A DNA stretch of 64,000 nucleotides from a bacterium (lineage in GTDB: Bacteria > Patescibacteriota > Minisyncoccia > Phycocordibacterales > UBA2100), in contig RFQR01000002.1 in assembly GCA_009924895.1 (NCBI GenBank), positions 1,368 to 65,367 of the forward strand, read 5' to 3'. This document shows, piece by piece, positions 57,209-64,000 of this stretch. Numbering within the stretch: position 1 is the first letter of the stretch; every line of letters starts with the position of its first letter. The position numbers were made by a program, and so were the translations under genes. The notes beneath the pieces are model-generated. The model searched no databases. It was not told the DNA's origin and worked only from the letters and a program-made list of their open reading frames with translations.

Positions 57209-58704
57209 ATAGTTTTTCGTTCAACATGTTCGAGGATATCGCCACTTGCAAGTTCCGCTTCAATCTCGACTTCGATACCGCACTCTGCCCCTGATTCTAC
57301 TTTGCTGACGTTTTGCCGATTGCTCTGCATGTTGAGTACGGTTCCTTCGCCTAAGATTTCACCGCGTCGCACCGCACGAACTGTCTTTCCTGCAGAAAAA
57401 TACCCCTCAAGAACAGAACACCCTATTAAATGCACGTTTCGCTTCTCGGAAAAGAGTTTCAAGACACGTGCTTTGCCAAGAATAGTTTCGATAGTTCGCT
57501 TCGGTGCTGACTTACGCATCAGTTCTTCAACACGCTCAGTCATTTTATAAATAATTGAAAAGGTCTCAATGCGAACACCGTCACGCTGCGCTAAAACATG
57601 CGCCATGGTATCGGTTGAGGCATTAAAACCAATAACAAATGGATTAGGACTCTTTGTGGCAACCGCAGTCTTCACATCGCTTTCCGTTATAGTACCGACC
57701 CCTTCTTGTACCACCGTCACTCCCATGTGCTCATCGCCGAGCTTGCCCAGTTCGAGTCGAATTGCCTCCAGAGTGCCGCTTGCGTCAGCGCGAACGACGA
57801 CAGGGAAGAGAAATCTACCCTCAGCGTTTTGAGCAAACACAGGCACGGTTGCCTTTGCCTTTTCTTCTGCAGCAGTTGCTTCAGCTTCTTTTTTACTCTC
57901 AAATGAAACAAACGTTGAACCAACATTAGGCATTTCATCAAATCCAACAATGGTAACCGGAGTAGAAAAGCTCGCAGATTTGAGCGTTTTGCCCGCATGA
58001 TTTTCCATCAGCCGCACCGGTGCAACGCCGCTCCCAGCGCAAATCGCCATACCGGTCAGAAGTGTGCCATTGGTAATAATGAGTGTTGCGGCGAGCCCGC
58101 GTTTTGGGTCGCGATGCGCCTCGATTACATAGCCACTCGCGAGCGCCTTTGGATCAGCCCGTAACTCTTCAAGCTCAGCGACAATAAGAATGAGGTTTAG
58201 CAGTTCGTCTACCCCCGCACCACTTTTCGCAGAAATTGCAGCCCATGAAATGTCTCCACCAAGCTTTTCGAGATAGACACCGTGTTCGGCAAGAGAGTTT
58301 TGAGTGCGCATGACATCGGCATTTGGCTTATCGATTTTGTTGATTGCGACAACAAACGGAATGCCCGATTGTTTGATACTCTCGAGCGCTTCAAGCGTTT
58401 GTGCTTTTACTCCGTCATCTGCCGCGACTACCAAGATGGCGATGTCGGCTGCGTTTGCTCCGCGTGCGCGAATTGCCTGAAAGGCGGCGTGTCCCGGAGT
58501 GTCGATAAAGGTAATGCGCTTTTTGACACCATCTTTTTCATGTTCAACTTCGTATGCGGCAACATGCTGCGTGATGCCACCTGCCTCTTTGGCGACAGTG
58601 TTTGTTTTTCGAATATAGTCTAAAAGCGTCGATTTACCATGATCGACATGTCCCATGACAACCACAATAGGCGGGCGTTCGATGTGTCCAGGTTGTTCTG
58701 TCAT
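57205..58704 (-). CDS. infB: Translation initiation factor IF-2 (no N-terminal domain)
   Basis: RPPIVVVMGHVDHGKS, GGITQH, DTPGH, NKID. Confidence 0.95.
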   Translation of the reverse strand: MTEQPGHIERPPIVVVMGHVDHGKSTLLDYIRKTNTVAKEAGGITQHVAAYEVEHEKDGVKKRITFIDTPGHAAFQAIRARGANAADIAILVVAADDGVKAQTLEALESIKQSGIPFVVAINKIDKPNADVMRTQNSLAEHGVYLEKLGGDISWAAISAKSGAGVDELLNLILIVAELEELRADPKALASGYVIEAHRDPKRGLAATLIITNGTLLTGMAICAGSGVAPVRLMENHAGKTLKSASFSTPVTIVGFDEMPNVGSTFVSFESKKEAEATAAEEKAKATVPVFAQNAEGRFLFPVVVRADASGTLEAIRLELGKLGDEHMGVTVVQEGVGTITESDVKTAVATKSPNPFVIGFNASTDTMAHVLAQRDGVRIETFSIIYKMTERVEELMRKSAPKRTIETILGKARVLKLFSEKRNVHLIGCSVLEGYFSAGKTVRAVRRGEILGEGTVLNMQSNRQNVSKVESGAECGIEVEIEAELASGDILEHVERKTI

Positions 58705-58797
58705 AGGGTAGGGGGCGCATAGAAAAGCGTGAACGACAGTATAACATTGTTTGATTCGATTTGCACTTTTTCCGCCTATTTGCTACACTCTTGCGGC

Positions 58798-59484
58798 ATG
58801 TCATCAATTCAAACAACTGCACTTACCGACGCCGGTTCGCACATCGGTTATTCGCGTACGCGCCGCCATCCGACCGCGCAAAAATTTCTTTTAGGCACGA
58901 AAGATCGTACTGATATTTTTAATGTAGAAAATTCGACAAAACTCCTTGAAAAAGCTATTGAATTTGTAAAAGCAACCGCATCTACCGGTCGCCAGGTGCT
59001 TTTTGTTGGAGGCAAGGCGGAAGTTCAGGTTGCACTGAAGCGCGCTGCTGAAAAAGTAGCTATGCCGTATGTTGCAGGGCGCTGGGTAGGAGGAACGCTG
59101 ACCAACTTTAAAAACATTCGAGGTCGTATTGATCGTCTTGTAAAACTCATGGACGAACGCGAGAAAGGCGAACTCATCAAGTACACGAAGCGTGAACGCC
59201 TCATGATTGACCGTGAAATCGACGAACTTCTTGCACGCTTCGGTGGTCTTATTTCGATGAAAGAAAAGCCTATGGCGCTCTTCGTGATTGACCCGCGCCA
59301 TGAGCACACGGCAGTGCGTGAAGCAAATCAGCTTGGCATTCCTGTTGTGGCTCTCGCTTCTTCCGACTGTGATTTTTCTATGCTTCAGTATCCGGTTCCC
59401 GGTAATGATGCAACAAGTAAGAGTATTGCCTATGTTATCGGCATCATCGTCGATGCGTTTTTAGCCGGTAAAAAGGCAGCGTAA
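58798..59484 (+). CDS. rpsB: 30S ribosomal protein S2
   Basis: AGSHIG, RWVGGTLTN, PGND. Confidence 0.95.
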   Translation: MSSIQTTALTDAGSHIGYSRTRRHPTAQKFLLGTKDRTDIFNVENSTKLLEKAIEFVKATASTGRQVLFVGGKAEVQVALKRAAEKVAMPYVAGRWVGGTLTNFKNIRGRIDRLVKLMDEREKGELIKYTKRERLMIDREIDELLARFGGLISMKEKPMALFVIDPRHEHTAVREANQLGIPVVALASSDCDFSMLQYPVPGNDATSKSIAYVIGIIVDAFLAGKKAA

Positions 59485-59547
59485 GCGTGCACTTTTCCAC
59501 CGCGTGTAAATTGTCGTTTTCCTTTTATCATTTATAGTGTTCTTTAT

Positions 59548-60135
59548 ATGGCAGAAATCACAACCGATGTTATCAAAGCTCTTCGTGACGAAACGAAAGT
59601 ATCAGTCATGCAGTGCAAAAAAGCGCTCGAAGAAGCGGGAGGCGATGTTGAAAAAGCGAAAGTTATCTTGCGTAAAATTTCTGCGCAGGCATCAGCAAAA
59701 AAAGCAGATCGAGAGTTGGGAGCTGGTACTGCAGCTGCCTATGTCCATGCTGGCGGTCAGGTTGTAGGCGCCGTTGTTCTTTCTTGTGAGACCGATTTTG
59801 TCTCAAAAAATGAAGAGTTCATGAAACTAGCAAAAGATATCGCAATGCACGTTGCTGCGATGGCGCCGCAGTTTTTGAACCGAGATCAGGTGCGTGATGA
59901 AGACACAAAGGCGGCAAAAGAGGTCTTTATGGGTGAAGTTGCGAATATTCCCGAAGGAAAGCGTGAAGTTGCGCTTCAGGGCAAGATTGATAGTTATTTG
60001 AAAGACAAGGTGCTTCTCGACCAACCGTTCGTAAAAGATCCTGCCGTCACTATCCAGGGGCTGCTCGACAATGCGGTGCAAAAGTTTGGGGAAAAGACGG
60101 TCATCACTCGCTTTGAGCGCCTGTCGGTGAAATAA
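59548..60135 (+). CDS. tsf: Elongation factor Ts (short form)
   Basis: MQCKKAL, CETDFV, QPFVKD. Confidence 0.95.
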   Translation: MAEITTDVIKALRDETKVSVMQCKKALEEAGGDVEKAKVILRKISAQASAKKADRELGAGTAAAYVHAGGQVVGAVVLSCETDFVSKNEEFMKLAKDIAMHVAAMAPQFLNRDQVRDEDTKAAKEVFMGEVANIPEGKREVALQGKIDSYLKDKVLLDQPFVKDPAVTIQGLLDNAVQKFGEKTVITRFERLSVK

Positions 60136-60138
60136 CGT

Positions 60139-60546
60139 ATGGTGGCTTTCGCCGTTGGAACATTCTTCTTCTCTCTTGTCGGTATCGTCTCGTTGTTCTC
60201 ACTCAAACGCTATGAAGTTGCGCGCGGCTTGGTGCTCTGGGCGCCATATCGGGCGCAGGCTGATGACTATGCGCGCGCGCTCAAGCATGCTGCAATCAGT
60301 CTCGAGCAAGAAATGGTAACGTGGCCGCCCAAGGGTAACTTAATCTGCCGTTATTTCATACATCGTGCTGCTCTCGCGAGTGCGCGCGGTTTTAATGCGG
60401 CAGAGCAATGGGCGCACCGCCTTGCAGACCGCGTCTCGCACCGCCATGGTTTTGAGCGCCGTGAGACACGCTCGCGGTTTTTGAAAGAAGTATCAAATGG
60501 TGTCGGCAAAAGATCGGCGCAAGAGCTTGAAAAAAGTGAGGAATGA
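60139..60546 (+). CDS. Hypothetical single-TM protein
   Basis: 135 aa ORF directly after tsf. Confidence 0.6.
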   Translation: MVAFAVGTFFFSLVGIVSLFSLKRYEVARGLVLWAPYRAQADDYARALKHAAISLEQEMVTWPPKGNLICRYFIHRAALASARGFNAAEQWAHRLADRVSHRHGFERRETRSRFLKEVSNGVGKRSAQELEKSEE

Positions 60547-60618
60547 AGGCACAATTGCAATGCCCTAAAACTTTTGCACAGCAAAAGTTCGGGCGAACGT
60601 TTTTTACAAAACGTTTTA

Positions 60619-60691
60619 GCCGGGATAGCTCAGTTGGTAGAGCAACTCTTTTGTAAAGAGAAGGTCCCCGGTTCAAGTCCGGGTCCCGGCT
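60619..60691 (+). tRNA. tRNA-Thr(TGT)
   Basis: GCCGGGA acceptor, loop TTTGTAA, TTCAAGT. Confidence 0.93.
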
Positions 60692-60705
60692 CTCAGAAAT
60701 TAAAG

Positions 60706-61386
60706 TTACTGTTTTTCTTTCGTACTCGTCGAGCTTGGGAGTTTTTTGAGGGCGGGGGCGATTTTTTCCATATCCTCGATACTCTTGAAGCCATAGTACG
60801 GCGTACCTTGAATGACGAGTGCTGGTAGCTCGCCGTCGAGATCGTGGATAGCAGTAAGTGTTTTAAGTGCGGAGAGGTCGAGGTTATAGTCAAATGAATA
60901 GACGCGCAGTGTTGGATATTTTTCAGCAAGCGCCGTGAGTACATACCCCTGACGCTCACAGTCTTTGCAATCTCCCGTGTTTGAATAGAAATAGAGAATT
61001 ACGACTGGTTTCAATTTGCACTTTGCCGCCACTTTTTGAATCAGCAAAATGTCTTTAATTTCAAGCAGCGAGTAGTAGCGTTTGAGGCGCAAGAGCTCTT
61101 CGTCGTTCGCGCCGCGATTATTTTCAAGATAGGAGAGCCGTTCACCAAGTGGCTGAAGCTCGCGCGAGAGAACAGAATTTTCAGCGATGTCTTTGCATGA
61201 GTGTTCAGCAAGCAAATCAAACTGTGTTTCGAGAGAAAGAATATCAATCGCGATTTGATCCTGCGTTGTACGTACATTAACTACTCGCTTACTATTAAAA
61301 TAGTTTGAAATGTAAAATGCAGTTGCAAATACAAGCGCGGTAATTGCAAATGCAGTCAGATAGGTGGTTGTTTTTGGGGTACGCAT
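60706..61386 (-). CDS. Membrane-anchored protein with C-terminal thioredoxin-like CxxC domain
   Basis: TM; YFYS...CKDC..QG..L; P.LVI. Confidence 0.65.
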   Translation of the reverse strand: MRTPKTTTYLTAFAITALVFATAFYISNYFNSKRVVNVRTTQDQIAIDILSLETQFDLLAEHSCKDIAENSVLSRELQPLGERLSYLENNRGANDEELLRLKRYYSLLEIKDILLIQKVAAKCKLKPVVILYFYSNTGDCKDCERQGYVLTALAEKYPTLRVYSFDYNLDLSALKTLTAIHDLDGELPALVIQGTPYYGFKSIEDMEKIAPALKKLPSSTSTKEKQ

Positions 61387-61391
61387 AAAGA

Positions 61392-62606
61392 TCATCGCCA
61401 TTTCACGCCGGTATTAAGTGCAGCGCGAACGACGGCAATTGTGAGCCATAATGGCACAATAAAGCCATAGAGCACAAGGAATACCGGCGTAGAGAGCGGT
61501 GGATAGCGATGACCTGAGAGTCGGGAGCCGATCACGATGAGCGTAATTGCAGATGCAAGCGACGCGAGCGACAAGAGCAAGATGACACTCGTATTGACGT
61601 AAAAGAGTGAGGGGGCGACGGGCGCGTGGAACCCGAGGATTGAAAAGCGTACCAGTATATGCTGGAGTGCATTCCCGAGGCCCCACAGTACGTGAGTTGC
61701 AAGCAAAATCGCAGAAAAGATAGAAATAACCGCCGTTGGTAAGACGATAAGTCCTAAGTTACCATAGGTAGGATTGCCAAACATGTGACGATAATCAAGC
61801 GCGTTGCGAAGAAACCCGTATGTCCAACGAACGCGTTGTCTTATAAGCGTGCGTAGTGTTGCTGGTGTTGTTGTTTCGACGCGGGCGAGCGGCACGTTCA
61901 CAATACGATACCCATGCTCCTGGAGTCGCATACCCATTTCCATATCTTCGGTCGAGTGTGCGTGCTTCCACCCGCCGACAGCGCGTACTGCGCTCACGCG
62001 TAAGAACGAAAAGGGACCCGGCGTGATAAAGACTGACCCGATTGCGGCGAGTGCAAAACGGTGAAAAATGGAGAGGCGGTATTCAACGTTTTGGATGTGC
62101 TGCAGCGTTGATCTAGGTTCACGAACGATAATCCCCGGTGTGACTGCTGCAACATCCGCATCGGTAAATCCGGTAATGATGTGACGGAGTGCATCGCTCT
62201 GTACTGTCGAATCTGCATCGAGACAGCCAATGAATTCGCTTTTTGTGTTGCTCAACACGAGATTGAGTGCGGTGTGCTTACCACCGTTTTTCTTTTTTAT
62301 GAGCGTAACGCGCGGATCAAACGTATATGCGCGCGCGATTTCATAGGTATTATCGGTTGAACCATCATCAACAATTGTTATCGACAATTTATCTTTTGGA
62401 TAGTCAAGTGCAAGGAGCGACGCAATAGAGCGTGCAATACCGGGTTCTTCGTTAAAGCATGGAACGACAATGGTTACTGTTGGTAGTTTTGAGTCCGGCA
62501 GAGGGGTCGCAGTTGACCGGCGAGAGTCGATAAATGAAATAAGCAAAAAAACCTCGAAATAGAGGGCCAAAAAGAGAGCTATGTACACAACAATGTCGAA
62601 TGACAT
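61392..62606 (-). CDS. Processive GT2 glycosyltransferase (PgaC/IcaA-like)
   Basis: DDGS, DAD, TED, QRVRW; TM segments. Confidence 0.88.
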   Translation of the reverse strand: MSFDIVVYIALFLALYFEVFLLISFIDSRRSTATPLPDSKLPTVTIVVPCFNEEPGIARSIASLLALDYPKDKLSITIVDDGSTDNTYEIARAYTFDPRVTLIKKKNGGKHTALNLVLSNTKSEFIGCLDADSTVQSDALRHIITGFTDADVAAVTPGIIVREPRSTLQHIQNVEYRLSIFHRFALAAIGSVFITPGPFSFLRVSAVRAVGGWKHAHSTEDMEMGMRLQEHGYRIVNVPLARVETTTPATLRTLIRQRVRWTYGFLRNALDYRHMFGNPTYGNLGLIVLPTAVISIFSAILLATHVLWGLGNALQHILVRFSILGFHAPVAPSLFYVNTSVILLLSLASLASAITLIVIGSRLSGHRYPPLSTPVFLVLYGFIVPLWLTIAVVRAALNTGVKWR

Positions 62607-62720
62607 CGCAAATAATTATACCACGAAAAGCAAAAAAAAGATAGGTACGGTGAACAAGTTTGTCCGCCAAGAAGTCTCCCTATAGTGCAATCGCTACTAA
62701 ATTCAAGTACAATTCCGACA

Positions 62721-63512
62721 ATGCCGCAAGGTCATGTGCACCCGATATCACACCTCATCCGCGCCGCGGTTGATATTTTTGGTCGCATGGGGTTTGCCTT
62801 TGCCGAAGGTCCGCTTCTCGAAGACGAATGGCACAATTTCGATGCACTGAATGTCCCCAAGAATCATCCAGCGCGTGATATGCAGGACACCTTTTTTATT
62901 AAAGACGATGCCCTAAACACTTCACACAGTGAAGTGTCGGGCGAACACCCTCAAGGAGAGGATGTTTTAGCCGGACATGTATTGCGTACGCATACTTCTC
63001 CGGTGCAATTGCGATACATGGAAGGGCAGGTGAAACAAGGAATAAAGCCACCGTACCGTGTCATTGTGCCGGGTAAAGTGTTTCGTAACGAAGCAACTGA
63101 CATGACCCATGAAGCGGAATTTTTTCAGCTTGAAGGATTGGCAGTAGGAGAGGATGTCACACTCGCGCATTTAAAAGGTACGCTCGAGCGCTTTTTTCGC
63201 GAACTCTTTCATGGCGCGAAAGTCGAAGTGCGTTTTCGCCCGAGTTTCTTTCCGTTTGTTGAGCCTGGTGTCGAAGTAGACATGCGATTGGTTGGTAAGA
63301 ATGTCCCTGAGAAATTACGCGACAAATGGATTGAAATGATGGGTGCAGGTATGATTCATCCTACTGTTTTGCAAAATGCGGGAGTTGATCCGAAGCAGTA
63401 TCAAGGTTTTGCATTTGGTATGGGTCTCGACCGTCTTGCGATGCTGCGATGGGGAATTGATGATGTGCGACTTATGCATTCAGCGGATCTGCGGTTCATC
63501 AACCAATTCTAA
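62721..63512 (+). CDS. pheS: Phenylalanine--tRNA ligase alpha subunit (no N-terminal arm)
   Basis: HPARDMQDTF, LRTHTS, FRPSFFPFVEP, FAFGMGLDR. Confidence 0.95.
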   Translation: MPQGHVHPISHLIRAAVDIFGRMGFAFAEGPLLEDEWHNFDALNVPKNHPARDMQDTFFIKDDALNTSHSEVSGEHPQGEDVLAGHVLRTHTSPVQLRYMEGQVKQGIKPPYRVIVPGKVFRNEATDMTHEAEFFQLEGLAVGEDVTLAHLKGTLERFFRELFHGAKVEVRFRPSFFPFVEPGVEVDMRLVGKNVPEKLRDKWIEMMGAGMIHPTVLQNAGVDPKQYQGFAFGMGLDRLAMLRWGIDDVRLMHSADLRFINQF

Positions 63513-63514
63513 GT

Positions 63515-64000
63515 ATGAAAATCTCTCGCTTGTGGCTCCAAACATGGTTTGAAAAAGAACTTCCACCCGTAGAAGAGCTTTCAACGGCGCTCACCTTTCA
63601 CGCATTTGAAATTGACGGGGTTGAGGATGATGTCTTAGATGTTAAAGTGACACCAAACCGCGGACATGACTGTTTGTCATATCGCGGTATCGCGAAAGAA
63701 ATTTCTGCGATTTTGCAGATACCACTCAAGGCTCGTCCAGAATTTGACCTTGCGAAAAAGACTGATGCTATTTCTATTACACTTTCGACACCACAATGCC
63801 ACCGTTTCGTTGCGGGATACATAAAGAATGTAAATGTCGCTCCTTCTCCTGCATGGCTCAAAGATGCGCTTGAAAAACAGGGGCAGCGCTCTATCAACAA
63901 CGTTGTCGATGTTACGAACTATGTAATGTTCAACATCGGACAACCGCTCCACGCCTTTGATGCAGGTCAACTGAAAGAGAGTAATGGTACCTATGCGTTT
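63515..64000 (+). CDS. pheT: Phenylalanine--tRNA ligase beta subunit (partial)
   Basis: MKISRLWL.., VTPNRGHDCLS, SINNVVDVTNYVM..GQPLHAFD; runs off the window. Confidence 0.92.
   Translation, partial: MKISRLWLQTWFEKELPPVEELSTALTFHAFEIDGVEDDVLDVKVTPNRGHDCLSYRGIAKEISAILQIPLKARPEFDLAKKTDAISITLSTPQCHRFVAGYIKNVNVAPSPAWLKDALEKQGQRSINNVVDVTNYVMFNIGQPLHAFDAGQLKESNGTYAF

Overview
Bacterial window with the gene content typical of Patescibacteria/CPR (Parcubacteria-like). This is an inference from the compact valS/pheS/infB, a degenerate HisRS paralog and a VirB2/TrbC-like pilin cluster; TGA acts as stop. Most of the window is housekeeping: valS, tsaD, tsaC, pyrF/pyrE, trxB, ftsZ/ftsA, ybeY, rpsU, lepB, pth, rpsA, gyrA, prs, rbfA, infB, rpsB, tsf, pheS/pheT, plus 9 tRNAs. 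The notable part is ~15.3-27.4 kb around divergent tRNA-Ser(GCT)/tRNA-Glu(TTC). A 2.6-kb large-serine-recombinase (LSR) element at the tRNA-Ser 3' end carries, between its two divergent genes, an inverted ~200-bp copy of its own predicted excision junction, so each gene is bracketed by long inverted repeats. A recombinase-less element with the same layout sits at tRNA-Glu. A family of 130-220-bp hairpin modules with shared motifs lies at or near the 3' ends of tRNA-Val, -Glu, -Lys and -Leu and at the far end of a znuABC/zur island. Also present: in-frame palindromic or heptamer micro-insertions in tsaD and pheS, MITE-like intergenic repeats, candidate sRNAs and several pseudogenes. All alignments were made by eye and no database searches were run.
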